Shown here one piece after another: positions 49,811-59,574 of a stretch of 64,000 nt of DNA (its first letter is position 1; each line of letters begins with the position of its first letter). A model generated the notes under the pieces. It worked only from the letters and a program-made list of their open reading frames with translations. It was not told the origin of the DNA and did no database searches. This DNA comes from Dongiaceae bacterium (lineage in GTDB: Bacteria; Pseudomonadota; Alphaproteobacteria; Dongiales; Dongiaceae), in NCBI GenBank assembly GCA_041398065.1, contig JAWKVL010000019.1, positions 5,176 through 69,175 on the forward strand, in the 5' to 3' direction. The position numbers were made by a program, and so were the translations under genes.

Positions 49811-50016
49811 TGGCTATCTCCTCCCAGTGCCCCACGGGCAGCGACCAAAGCCCAGCAGGCATCATTATATTCTTAAGCGGTTCTCGATCAGCACAGGCTT
49901 GCGGAACCGTGTCGCTGGCATTTATCATACTGTATGACGCATTAGAACACAACGACCGAACGACGGTCTCCGTACTGCGGTCGAAAATCTGGACGGAATC
50001 CAGGTAAGTCAGGGGG

Positions 50017-50721
50017 TTGGGAGTGGATCAACAGTTCCTGGTCGCGCTGCTGACCATCATCTGGATCAATATTCTTCTCAGCGGCGATAATGCCGTAGCC
50101 ATCGCCCTGGCCTGCCGCCCCCTGCCGCCAATGCAGCGCCGATGGGGCATTTCCCTGGGCTCACTGGCGGCCATCATACTGCGAATCATCTTCGCGACCT
50201 GCGTTGTCTACCTGCTCAAGGTTCCGTATCTGAAGCTCGTCGGCGGCGGTCTGCTATTGTGGATCGCGGTCAAGCTTATCATCCCTGAGGCGGAGAGCGA
50301 GCACGGCAACGGCAAGGGCAGCGCCACGCTTTTCGCCGCCATTCGGACCGTCGTCATCGCCGATGCCGTGATGAGTTTGGACAATGTCATTGCGATCGCG
50401 GCCGCGGCGCGCGACAGCCTGGTGCTCCTGGTGCTTGGATTGGTCATCAGCATGCCGCTGATCATCTTTGGCAGCACGCTGGTTCTGAAGATCCTCGAGC
50501 GTTTCCCGCTGCTGGTCCTGGCCGGCGGCGGATTGTTGGGATGGATCGCCGGCGAGGTGATGGTCACCGATCCCGTGATGCTCGACTGGCTCGCCAGCGA
50601 GGAGCGGTTCTTTCACACCGCGGCACCGATCGCCGGCGCGATTGCGGTGGTCGTTATCGGCCTCGCGTTGTCCCGCGTGATCGCCGCGCGCCGGCGCCGC
50701 AAACTCGATCTCGCGTCCTAG
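50017..50721 (+). CDS. TerC family membrane protein (YjbE-type)
   Basis: IIWINILLSGDNAVAIALACR and IADAVMSLDNVIAIAAAA. Confidence 0.92.
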   Translation: MGVDQQFLVALLTIIWINILLSGDNAVAIALACRPLPPMQRRWGISLGSLAAIILRIIFATCVVYLLKVPYLKLVGGGLLLWIAVKLIIPEAESEHGNGKGSATLFAAIRTVVIADAVMSLDNVIAIAAAARDSLVLLVLGLVISMPLIIFGSTLVLKILERFPLLVLAGGGLLGWIAGEVMVTDPVMLDWLASEERFFHTAAPIAGAIAVVVIGLALSRVIAARRRRKLDLAS

Positions 50722-50784
50722 TGAATGCCGATGGGCGGATCCGTTGCCGCATCATTGAAACCATAAAGGAGGGGCACCAATCCG

Positions 50785-51207
50785 ATGCGCATTCTGCTAC
50801 CGGTGGACGGTTCGTCCAGCTCGCTCGCCGCAGTGCAGTTCGCCATCCGCAAGTTGGCGAAGGCCACTGACGGCATCGAACTCCATCTGTTGAACGTGCA
50901 GCCGCCCCTGCCCTACGCCGCGACCAGCCTGGTTGATAGTGCGGCAGTGAAGGATTTCCATGTGGAGGAAGCGAACAAGTCGCTGACGGCGGCGAAAGAG
51001 CAACTCGACAAAGCTGGTATCCGGTATGAGACTCATGTCGCGATCGGCGATGCTGCGGAGGCGATCGCGAGTTACGCGGAACAAAAGGATTGCGCTGAGA
51101 TCGTCATGGGCACGCGCGGGCTGGGCCGTGTGGCCGGAATGATCCTGGGATCGGTCGCTTATAAAGTGCTACAGCTCAGCAAGGTACCGGTGACGCTCGT
51201 CAAATAG
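50785..51207 (+). CDS. Universal stress protein
   Basis: ILLPVDGS and IVMGTRGLG..ILGSVAYKVL..VPVTLVK. Confidence 0.93.
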   Translation: MRILLPVDGSSSSLAAVQFAIRKLAKATDGIELHLLNVQPPLPYAATSLVDSAAVKDFHVEEANKSLTAAKEQLDKAGIRYETHVAIGDAAEAIASYAEQKDCAEIVMGTRGLGRVAGMILGSVAYKVLQLSKVPVTLVK

Positions 51208-51342
51208 TCCAAGACGGCAGCCGTCCTCTCATCATCCCTGCAGCGCCGCCGATTTCAGATCCCTGGATCATACTCGGCGGGACATCGTGGTCTGTGCGAC
51301 CTCAACGGCCCGCTCCGAGCAGATATTTCAGCCAGCCTTGTG

Positions 51343-51564
51343 TTAGGCGGCCGCCAAGGTGCGATGTTCGGACTTCGGGCCGCGGTCGCGACCATGGTTC
51401 GCCACACCCTTCGACGCCAGGGCTTGCACGGGTGCCTCAGCGAAAGCGCGCGTACCGTTGGACATCTCGAGGAAAGTCTCCGGCCGCTTGAGCGCGATTT
51501 CGAGAATGAAAGCCGCCGAGAGCAACAGCACGGCGAAGCAGACGATAGCGGTCAGGAGGTCCAC
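51343..51564 (-). CDS. Small hypothetical protein with an N-terminal TM helix (73 aa)
   Basis: GAAGGAA RBS then GTG. Hydrophobic LLTAIVCFAVLLLSAAFILEIAL, with an operator-like motif upstream. Confidence 0.55.
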   Translation of the reverse strand: MDLLTAIVCFAVLLLSAAFILEIALKRPETFLEMSNGTRAFAEAPVQALASKGVANHGRDRGPKSEHRTLAAA

Positions 51565-51643
51565 GGCTCAGTTCCTTCAATCATGTTTTGCTGCACTGCA
51601 TATAAAGTGAGACAGCATTATCTTCAAGACCAGATTATATATC

Positions 51644-51660
51644 TGGTATACATAATACCT
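51644..51660. promoter_or_regulatory. Putative GntR operator
   Basis: TGGTATACATAATACCT. Confidence 0.55.
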
Positions 51661-51891
51661 ATGCGGTTTGAGCATGCGCAAACGGCATCGCGGCCCAACT
51701 TGCGATGTAACTCATTGAAAATAATTATTAAAATGTGATACGGGGCAGCAGTGAGGCCCCTTCCTTTGGGATGCGGCAAGCGTTCAGCGGGGTGCGGCAA
51801 ATGGCACCAAAGCACCCGCGCCGCCCCGCGCGAGTGCTGTCGATTTGGGATCTAGAACGCAGATGCAATATCGCGGAATCGCCAGCGGCGG

Positions 51892-52323
51892 CTAGGCGGC
51901 CGAGTCGATCTCTTCCCGGCCCGATACGTAGCCTCGCAGCACGTGGATCACGTCGCGGATCCCGACCACGCCGACCAGCGTGTGGTCATCGAGCACGGGA
52001 ATGTGGCGAATGCCATGCCGGTCCATCTTCTCCATGATGTCCGCCAGCTCATCATCCGGGGAGCAGCTGATGAGCTTCTTGCTCATCAAGCGTTCGATCG
52101 GCATCCGCATGATGTCTTCCCGATCGGTGGCCAGGGCCCGCACGACATCGCGCTCGGAGAACATGCCCAGGACCGTGCTTCCTTCCGTCGACACGATGTC
52201 GGTTACGACCAATGCGCCGATATTTTCGGCTGCCATGAGCTTCAGCGCCGCTGAAACCGGCTCACGCGGCCGGACGCTCACCACCCGCGCCTGCTTCTGA
52301 AGCAGTATCTGAGCAACATTCAT
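51892..52323 (-). CDS. CBS domain protein
   Basis: GGAGG RBS. MAAENIGALVV..GMFSERDVVR, IRHIPVLD..LVGVVGIRDV. Confidence 0.92.
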   Translation of the reverse strand: MNVAQILLQKQARVVSVRPREPVSAALKLMAAENIGALVVTDIVSTEGSTVLGMFSERDVVRALATDREDIMRMPIERLMSKKLISCSPDDELADIMEKMDRHGIRHIPVLDDHTLVGVVGIRDVIHVLRGYVSGREEIDSAA

Positions 52324-52444
52324 CCTGGCCTCCCATCTCTCGTCGTCGATGTGCTGCGCGGTTCAGCCTTGATCCGGTCTTCAACCTTCGATCCGGGCCT
52401 GCCGACAGCTCTAGGCGTGTCTACTCCCCTGGGAATACGTTATG

Positions 52445-52461
52445 TGGTATACAGAATATCA
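52445..52461. promoter_or_regulatory. Putative GntR operator
   Basis: TGGTATACAGAATATCA upstream of the CBS gene. Confidence 0.55.
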
Positions 52462-52581
52462 GCAGGGAAATCAAGGGCAAAATGAGCGGGTCGGCGGCCG
52501 CCTCTCAGATGGGCTGTTTCAGCAAGGTGGAAACCCGGTTGGCGAGCGCGGCGCCCGGGCCGGCCGTTTTCGCCAAGCGTC

Positions 52582-53799
52582 TCAGGTACGGCTGGACGCC
52601 ATCAGCCGGTTCACCGCATCGACCACCAGCTCCGCTTCCCCCGCTTGCATGCAAATCGGACTGAACGTCACGGTCCCCCGGTCGCAGAGTGTCGGGTCCG
52701 CTTCGATGGCGGGAGTGGCCTCCCGCAGCGCTCTCAGCAGATCCTGAACGGAAAACGCGCCGCCGTGCGACAGCGTGAGCGAGACGGTTGGCACTCCTTC
52801 AACATCGTCGAAGCCTTCCCGGCTGACCGCGCAGCCAGGAACTGCCTGCAAACCATCAGCCAGTATTTGCGCCGTCGCCCGCCAGCGCGCGTGACGCGCC
52901 GCATCCCCTTCGGCCACGAACAGCTCCAATGCCGTGAGCAGGCCGATGATCTGTTCCTTGCCGACCTTGCAGGTCCGGCCGATCCCGTGCGGCGGCATGC
53001 CTGCAAGCCGTGATTTCTCGATCAGAGCCGGTGGTGGCGCCCACTGATCCCACAGGATGTCGAGATCGAGATGTTGTAGCGCGGCGGCCATCATGAGATC
53101 GCGGCGGCCGCACAGAAAGCCTGTGGCTTGCGGCCCATTGATGGCCTTCCCGCCGGAGAACGCCACCAGGTCGGCGCCGTCCGCGATGAAACGGCGAAGA
53201 TTGGCTTGCGGCGGCAGCTGCGCCGCCGCATCGACGATTACCGGCACGCCGCGCGCGTGAGCTACCGCCACGACCTCCTTGAGCGACGGGCGCGCCGCGC
53301 GGTCCGCAACATAGAACAGCGCGGCCGTGCGTTCGGTAATGGCGTCGGCGACTTCCCAGGGCTCCGCGTCGCGAATGCCGGCCCCGGCGTAGCGGTCCGG
53401 CAAGCCCACCTCGACCAGGCGGACGCCAGCAGCGCGGACCGCATGGTCATACATATTGCGCTGGCTCCGGACCACGACCACTTCGTTCTTCATGCCGGAT
53501 GTATCCGGCAACCGCGCCATCGAACCCGGATCAAGCCTAGTCACGCAGGCGGCGGTCGCCAGCAGCAGGCACGCCGCCGCGCCGGAAGCGACATAGCCGG
53601 CCTCCGCGCCGGTGAGTTCGGCAATCACCTGCGATGCATGCGCCTCCAGCTCCGCCATGTCGACACAGCGGACCGCTGCCTCTGCCATCGCGGCGATCAC
53701 CTCAGGCCGCATGATGCCGCCCGACAGGCGGGTTGCAGTACCCTTGGCGTTGATCAGGGTCTTGATGCCGCGCCGCTGATAGATGTTGTCAGCGCACAT
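52582..53799 (-). CDS. SelA-like PLP-dependent enzyme (DgaE / D-glucosaminate-6-P ammonia-lyase family)
   Basis: LINAKGTATRLSG, TGAEAGYVASGAAA, YDHAVRAAG, VDAAAQ, FSGGKAINGPQATG, IGRTCKVGKEQI. It lacks the SelA N-terminal tRNA-binding domain. Confidence 0.85.
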   Translation of the reverse strand: MCADNIYQRRGIKTLINAKGTATRLSGGIMRPEVIAAMAEAAVRCVDMAELEAHASQVIAELTGAEAGYVASGAAACLLLATAACVTRLDPGSMARLPDTSGMKNEVVVVRSQRNMYDHAVRAAGVRLVEVGLPDRYAGAGIRDAEPWEVADAITERTAALFYVADRAARPSLKEVVAVAHARGVPVIVDAAAQLPPQANLRRFIADGADLVAFSGGKAINGPQATGFLCGRRDLMMAAALQHLDLDILWDQWAPPPALIEKSRLAGMPPHGIGRTCKVGKEQIIGLLTALELFVAEGDAARHARWRATAQILADGLQAVPGCAVSREGFDDVEGVPTVSLTLSHGGAFSVQDLLRALREATPAIEADPTLCDRGTVTFSPICMQAGEAELVVDAVNRLMASSRT

Positions 53800-53809
53800 G
53801 CCGCTCCCC

Positions 53810-54592
53810 TCAGTAGGTACAGGTCAGGCCGCCATCGACCACGATCACCTGTCCGGTAACATAGCGGCTGTCGTCGCTCGCGAGGAACAGGATCGGGCCG
53901 GCGACATCCTCGACCGTGCCGGGCCGTCGCAGCGGCAACCGGCCGTGCTTGATGAACACGTCCTGGAACCACTCGGTCTGGTGCTCGTGAATGTTGCCGT
54001 GCATCAGCGCCATGCGGGTGTCGATGTAGCCCGGCGCGATCGCGTTGACGCGTACGCCGAGCGGCCCGAAATCCACCGCCATGCAGCGTGTCAGGTTGAC
54101 CACCGCGCCCTTGGCGGTGGCGTAGGCCATGGAGTTGGGCTGCCCGCGCAGGCCCTGGATCGAGGCCACGTTGACGATGCTGGCGCAGGGGCTCTGCTTC
54201 AGATGCGGCATCGCGGCCTTCGCGCCATAGAGCACGCTGTCGAGATTGATGTTCATGACGCGGTGCCAACGCTCCGCCGTCAGCGTCTCGATCCCGGATT
54301 CGTCACTGATAGCGGCGTTGCTCACCAGGATGTCGAGACGGCCAACAGCGGCGGCGGCTTCGACCGCGCGGACGATGCTTGCTTGATCCGACACGTCGGC
54401 GGGGATGGACTGCACCTGCAGCCCCTCGTCGCGCAGACCGTCCGTCGCCTCTTGCAGGACATCTGCGTCGATGTCGCACAGCATAACGCGTGCGCCTTCC
54501 TGCGCCAGGGCGCGGGCGGCCGCGAGGCCGATGCCGCGCGCGGCGCCGGTGACCAGCGCCACTCTGCCATTCAATTTGCCGGGTCTGGTCAT
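53810..54592 (-). CDS. SDR oxidoreductase
   Basis: TGAARGIG, VSNAA, NVASIQG, YATAK, NAIAPG, VDGG. Confidence 0.92.
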   Translation of the reverse strand: MTRPGKLNGRVALVTGAARGIGLAAARALAQEGARVMLCDIDADVLQEATDGLRDEGLQVQSIPADVSDQASIVRAVEAAAAVGRLDILVSNAAISDESGIETLTAERWHRVMNINLDSVLYGAKAAMPHLKQSPCASIVNVASIQGLRGQPNSMAYATAKGAVVNLTRCMAVDFGPLGVRVNAIAPGYIDTRMALMHGNIHEHQTEWFQDVFIKHGRLPLRRPGTVEDVAGPILFLASDDSRYVTGQVIVVDGGLTCTY

Positions 54593-54596
54593 GCGC

Positions 54597-55361
54597 TCAC
54601 TCCGGGTTGAGACGGAAGTCGGCGCCCTCGGGCAGTGTCTGGCCGCCATCGACCACGATGGTCGTGCCGGTGATGTATTCGGCCTCGTCGGAGGCGAGGA
54701 ACAGCACGGCGTTGGCGACATCGCGCGGCGTACCGAGGCGGCCGAGCGGCACCATGTCCGCCATTGACTTGATGAAGGCGGGGCTGCGCCCCTGCTGCAC
54801 GCCTTCGGTCAGGATGTTGCCGGGCTCGACGCCGTTGACCGTGATGCCGAAGCCGGCGAACTCGAGCGCGGCCGCCTTGATGAAGCCGTTGATGCCGGCC
54901 TTGCTGGCCGAATAGTGGCCGTGGCCTGGGCTGGTGACGCGCGGGCCGGTGATCGAGGACGTGAAGACCATGCGGCCATAGTGCTGCGCCTTCATCGGCG
55001 CCAGCGCGGCGCGCGCCGCCAGATAGGTGCCTTTGAGGTTGACGCCGAGCACGCTGTCCCATTCCGCCGGCTCGATGTTCTCGATCAACGTCCAGGGATA
55101 GATGCCGGCATTCTGCACCAGGATGTCGAGCCGGCCGTGTTTTTCGAGCGCCGTCGCGACCGCGCGCTCGGCGTCGGATCTCTGGGCGATATCGACCTGG
55201 ATGAAGTGCCCGCCAAGCCGTGCCGCGGTTGCCGCGCCCGCCTCCGCCTCGCGATCGGCGATGATGACCTTCGCCCCCTCCTCCACGAAGCGCGCGGCGA
55301 TGCCGGCGCCGATGCCACGCGCGGCGCCGATGACAAGGGCGATGCGGTCCTTCAGCCTCAT
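54597..55361 (-). CDS. SDR oxidoreductase (FabG-like)
   Basis: MRLKDRIALVIGAARGIG, QNAGIYP, SSITGP, HYSASK, VEPGNILTEG, VDGGQTLPE. Confidence 0.92.
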   Translation of the reverse strand: MRLKDRIALVIGAARGIGAGIAARFVEEGAKVIIADREAEAGAATAARLGGHFIQVDIAQRSDAERAVATALEKHGRLDILVQNAGIYPWTLIENIEPAEWDSVLGVNLKGTYLAARAALAPMKAQHYGRMVFTSSITGPRVTSPGHGHYSASKAGINGFIKAAALEFAGFGITVNGVEPGNILTEGVQQGRSPAFIKSMADMVPLGRLGTPRDVANAVLFLASDEAEYITGTTIVVDGGQTLPEGADFRLNPE

Positions 55362-56356
55362 GCGAGCTTCTGCCGGATCTGCAGCTTCACGGTGTCGAGC
55401 AACACGGCGGCCAGCACCAGCGCGCCCAGGATCATCTGCGTGTAGTGCGCCGGCAGGCCCATCAGGTTGATCGCGGTCTGGATCGAGGACAACAGCAGCA
55501 CGCCGGCATAGACGCCGGGCAGCCGCCCGATGCCGCCCTTGAGGCTGACGCCGCCGATCACCACCGCGGCGAAAGCGCGGAACAGCATGCCGAGGCCGAG
55601 ATTGGCGGTGGCGCCCGAGGTGCGGATCGCCAGCAGCCAGCCGGCAAGGCCGGCGACGGCGCCCGCCAGCACGAAGCTGACCAGCACCAGGCGATCGACC
55701 TTGATGCCGGCGCGGAAGGTTGCGACCGGGTTGCCGCCGACCATGGTGATGTGCCGGCCGAACGGCGTCTTCGCCATCATGAAGGAGAAGCCGACGAAGC
55801 AGAGCACCGCAATCCAGGCAATGAGCGGGATCGGCCCCACGAACTGGATGGCGATGAAGCGCAGCGCCGGATCGAGATCCTGCGCCGAGCGCCCGCCGGA
55901 GACCGCAACCACCAAGCCGCGCACCCAGATGTAGGAGGCAAGGGTCACGATGAAGGCGTTCATCTTGAGGCGCACCACCAGCCAGCCGTTCATCGCGCCG
56001 ATCACGCCGCCGATGGCGAGCGAGATCAGCAGGGAAACGGGAACCACCAGCCATTCCGGCGTCAACGCGTAGCCGAGGCCGATGCCGTGCGAGCAGAACA
56101 GGATGCCGGTCGCCATCGCGGTCAGAGCGGCGACGGATTCCACGGAAAGGTCCATGTGCCCGGCGATCACCACGATCGCGAGGCCGATCGCCATCACGCC
56201 GACATAGGTCGAATCCTCGATGATGTTCGAGAAGATGGCGAGCTGGAAGTAGTTCGGAACCGTGAGCGAAAACACCGCCAGCACGACCACCAGCAGCAGC
56301 CAGACCAGGTTGTCGAGCATGAACTCGATGAGTGCCCGACGTCCGGGGGAGATCAT
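55358..56356 (-). CDS. Sugar ABC transporter permease
   Basis: IAGHMDLSVES, FIVTLA, TPFGRH, AAVVIGGVSLKGG. Confidence 0.92.
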   Translation of the reverse strand: MISPGRRALIEFMLDNLVWLLLVVVLAVFSLTVPNYFQLAIFSNIIEDSTYVGVMAIGLAIVVIAGHMDLSVESVAALTAMATGILFCSHGIGLGYALTPEWLVVPVSLLISLAIGGVIGAMNGWLVVRLKMNAFIVTLASYIWVRGLVVAVSGGRSAQDLDPALRFIAIQFVGPIPLIAWIAVLCFVGFSFMMAKTPFGRHITMVGGNPVATFRAGIKVDRLVLVSFVLAGAVAGLAGWLLAIRTSGATANLGLGMLFRAFAAVVIGGVSLKGGIGRLPGVYAGVLLLSSIQTAINLMGLPAHYTQMILGALVLAAVLLDTVKLQIRQKLA

Positions 56357-56434
56357 CCTTGCGCTCCGGTTGTCACTTGAATGCGGCCCGGGCCGCGCCG
56401 CCGCCGACGCGACCCGGGACCAGGACTCAGACAA

Positions 56435-57478
56435 CTATTCGACCGACTTCACCGGTTCCTCGGGCACCTTCATGTTGCCCCAGAACTTCGGCTCGTCGAC
56501 GTTTTCCTTGGTGATCGCGGCGCCGGGGATCTTGATGTTCGGACCCCAGCTCTCGATGGTCAGCTCGGACTTGAGGCCCAGCACGTTGTAGGTGCCCGGT
56601 TTCAGCTCCTGCTTGTTGACCACCTTGTCGGCGAACATGGCCAGCGCGGCCGCCTGTGCGAACAGCGGCTGCTCGACCTCGACCTGCTCCCAGCCCTTGC
56701 GGATGAGATCGAGACCGACCGGCGCGCCGTTGGAGGAGACCAGCAGCACGTCGCCCGGCTTCTTGCCCTTGGCCTCGAGCGAGGCCACCGCCGCCACGGC
56801 GAGATGCGCCGCGTGGACGAAGATCAGGTCGATGTCCGGATTGGCGACCATCTGGTCGGAGACGATGGTGCCGGCGTTAGAGGCCTCCCACTGCATCGCC
56901 GGCAGCGAGATGATCTTCACATCGGGGAAGGCCTTCATCTTCTCCTCGAAGCCCTTCTGGATGTCGAGCGTGTAGGGGTCGCCCGGATCACCGAGGACCT
57001 GCAGCACCTTGCCCTTGACCGCGCCGTTCTTGGCTTTCAGCAGGCCCTGGATCTGATCGGCGGCGACGTAGCCGATCTCGACCGTGCCGGCGACCGAGGT
57101 GAGGTCGGTCTTGGTCGCGGTGATCTGCCGGTCGAAGATCATGACCGGGATGCCGGCCGCGCGGGCCTTCTCGATCGAGGGCTGGATCGCGTTGAAGTCC
57201 ACGGCAGCCAGGATGATCGCCTTGGGCTTGGCCGCGATGACGTCGTTCATCTGGCTCTGCTGCAGGTCGGTCTTGTTGTCCGCGTTCTCGGAGACCAGCT
57301 CGTAGCCGACTTCTCCCATGAACTTCTCCAGGGCATCGACCGAGGCGGTCTGGAACTCGTCCAGCAAGGTCGGCACCATGTAGTAGATCTTGCCCTTCGA
57401 TTCCGCCCAAGCGGGCGACGCCATCGCCACCGCGGCGATCGCAAGTGCGCCAGTCACGCTACTCAACAGACGTTTCAT
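56435..57478 (-). CDS. Sugar ABC transporter periplasmic binding protein
   Basis: Signal peptide [35 protein letters not shown]. Confidence 0.92.
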   Translation of the reverse strand: MKRLLSSVTGALAIAAVAMASPAWAESKGKIYYMVPTLLDEFQTASVDALEKFMGEVGYELVSENADNKTDLQQSQMNDVIAAKPKAIILAAVDFNAIQPSIEKARAAGIPVMIFDRQITATKTDLTSVAGTVEIGYVAADQIQGLLKAKNGAVKGKVLQVLGDPGDPYTLDIQKGFEEKMKAFPDVKIISLPAMQWEASNAGTIVSDQMVANPDIDLIFVHAAHLAVAAVASLEAKGKKPGDVLLVSSNGAPVGLDLIRKGWEQVEVEQPLFAQAAALAMFADKVVNKQELKPGTYNVLGLKSELTIESWGPNIKIPGAAITKENVDEPKFWGNMKVPEEPVKSVE

Positions 57479-57535
57479 GTTCGCTTCTCCTCTGCCTCAC
57501 AGGTTCTGCGCGCCACAGATCCGAAGGAACCTGGG

Positions 57536-58303
57536 CTACGCTTGTTGGGCTTGGCGTTCGATCGCCTCGCCAGTGATCATCCGCACGACTTCGTCAGGGC
57601 TGGTCTCGGTTCGCTTCACGTCGCCCTCCACCAAGCCCTGGCGAATGACGACGATGCGGTCGGCCACCTGGAACGCCTGCGCCATGATGTGGGTGATGAT
57701 GATGACGCCGATGTCCTGGGCCGCGATGCGCTTGATCATCTCCAGGCCGCGGCGGGTCTGCTCGACGCCGAGCGCCGCGAACGGCTCGTCCAGCAGCACC
57801 AGCTTGCCGCCCCAATGGACGAAGCGGTTGAGCTCGATCGCCTGGCGCTGGCCACCGGACAAATGCTCCACGTTGGTGCGCAGCGAGGGGATGCGCGTGC
57901 CGGCGTTGGCCATGGTCTTGGCGACGGCCGCCTCCATCTCCGCTTCCTGCAGGATGGGAATGCCGAACCATTTCTTGACGATCTCGCGCCCCATGAAGAA
58001 GTTCGCCACCACGTCGACGTTGGTGCAGAGCGAGAGGTCCTGATAGACCGTCTCGATGCCGGCCGCCTTGGCTTCGGCAGGTGATGCGAAGGTGCGCTCC
58101 TCGCCCTCGAACAGGATGCGGCCGGAAGTCTGTTCCAGCCCGCCGGAGATGATCTTCACCAAGGTGGACTTGCCGGCGCCGTTATCGCCGAGCAGGGCCA
58201 CCACTTCGCCGCGGTGGATCGAGAAGCTGATGCCGCGCAGCGCCTGGATCGCGCCGAAATTCTTGGTGATGCCGTCCAGCTGCAGGAGCGGTGCGTCCGC
58301 CAT
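57536..58303 (-). CDS. Sugar ABC transporter ATP-binding protein (single domain, FrcA-like)
   Basis: GDNGAGKST, TVYQDL, LSGGQRQ, LLDEP. Confidence 0.94.
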   Translation of the reverse strand: MADAPLLQLDGITKNFGAIQALRGISFSIHRGEVVALLGDNGAGKSTLVKIISGGLEQTSGRILFEGEERTFASPAEAKAAGIETVYQDLSLCTNVDVVANFFMGREIVKKWFGIPILQEAEMEAAVAKTMANAGTRIPSLRTNVEHLSGGQRQAIELNRFVHWGGKLVLLDEPFAALGVEQTRRGLEMIKRIAAQDIGVIIITHIMAQAFQVADRIVVIRQGLVEGDVKRTETSPDEVVRMITGEAIERQAQQA

Positions 58304-59478
58304 CACGCCGCCTCCTTGCGCTTGGCCGGCCGACGAGCCGGCTCAGGCGATTCGTCCTGCGCGAACAGTGAGCCGGACCGCGGCGACAGCACGCCGGCAA
58401 TGGCCAGCGCAGCGGCGCCACGCAGCACCGTATTCTCCCCTTCCCCGGAGCGCGTGATGCGGGGCGAGGCGCGCCCGCCGCGCTCGGACACCGAATGCGC
58501 CAGTGGCTGCGCCGCCTCGATCAGCCGGCCCAGCAGCTGCTCTTCCACGAAGCCGCCGATGACGATGGTCTCCGGATCGTACAGGTTCTCTATAGTCGCA
58601 ACAGCACGGCGCAGCAGCGGCCCCGCCTCGCCAATCCATCCGTCCAGCCCGATGCGCGCGGAGCGCCGCTCCATGGCTTCGAGCGACAGATAGCGCTCCA
58701 GGCAGCCGCGATTGCCGCACGGGCACGGCTCGCCGTCCGGCACCAGCGGCAGATGCCCGATCTCGCCTGCGTTGCCGAACGCGCCGCGCATCGGCGCGCC
58801 TTCGTGCACCAGGCAGCCGCCGAGGCCGAAACCGAAATAGAGATAGTAGAACTCGCGCAGATCGCGCCCGGCGCCGTAGAGCCGCTCGCCCAGCGCGGCC
58901 GCCGCCAAATCAACCTCGATGAAAGCGGACAGGCCGGTCAGCTTCGACAGCCGCTCGCGGACTGGCACGCCTTTCCACCCTTCGAGGGTGGTCGGGCCGA
59001 CGAAGCTCATGGACTCAACGTCGAAGGGGCCCGGCATGGCAAGGCCGATACCCAGAATGCGGCCGCGCGGCCGCAGCTTGCGAAGCCCCTCGACGAGCTG
59101 ACCGATTTCGCGAAAGGCCCGAGAGGGGCTGATGTGCCGCAGCTTCCGCTCGCGCTGGCCGATCAATTCGCCAGCAAGGTTGATCAGCGCGGCCTTGAGG
59201 CCGACCGGCGTCAGGTGCAGGCCGATGGCATAGCCGCCGCTCGGATTGAGCTTCAGAAAGGTCGGCGGCAGCCCCCGCCCCTTCGGCTGCTCACGGGCGC
59301 CCAATAGGAACCCCTCGAGCTCCAATTCGCGGATGATATTCGAAACAGTCTGGACGGTCAGGCCCACGCGCTTCGCGATGTCGCCACGCGCAATCGGACC
59401 ATGCAGCCGGATCGTCTCCAGCACGATCCGCCGGTTGTACGGCCGCCCCGATTCCTGGTTCGTCCCCTTGAGGGTCAT
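58303..59478 (-). CDS. ROK family transcriptional regulator
   Basis: HTH IAKRVGLTVQTVSNII, GLAMPGP, NAGEIGH..CPCGNRGCLERY. Confidence 0.93.
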   Translation of the reverse strand: MTLKGTNQESGRPYNRRIVLETIRLHGPIARGDIAKRVGLTVQTVSNIIRELELEGFLLGAREQPKGRGLPPTFLKLNPSGGYAIGLHLTPVGLKAALINLAGELIGQRERKLRHISPSRAFREIGQLVEGLRKLRPRGRILGIGLAMPGPFDVESMSFVGPTTLEGWKGVPVRERLSKLTGLSAFIEVDLAAAALGERLYGAGRDLREFYYLYFGFGLGGCLVHEGAPMRGAFGNAGEIGHLPLVPDGEPCPCGNRGCLERYLSLEAMERRSARIGLDGWIGEAGPLLRRAVATIENLYDPETIVIGGFVEEQLLGRLIEAAQPLAHSVSERGGRASPRITRSGEGENTVLRGAAALAIAGVLSPRSGSLFAQDESPEPARRPAKRKEAA

Positions 59479-59574
59479 CCCGCACGTCCCTCCCCCAGGA
59501 ACGCTAAGACCTCCGGGCGCAATATGTCAAATGGATTTCAAAAATGAAGGCGGGCGACACATATTCGGGACCGG

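Noticed and set aside
52369-52384. FNR box upstream of the CBS gene (TTGATCCGGTCTTCAA)
   Set aside because: The second half-site is misplaced and does not give TTGAT-N4-ATCAA.
52582-53799. A second selA / second Sec system
   Set aside because: It lacks the HTNLGRA, EVGTTN and N-terminal SelA features. Its motifs and sugar-ABC context fit the DgaE-like family.
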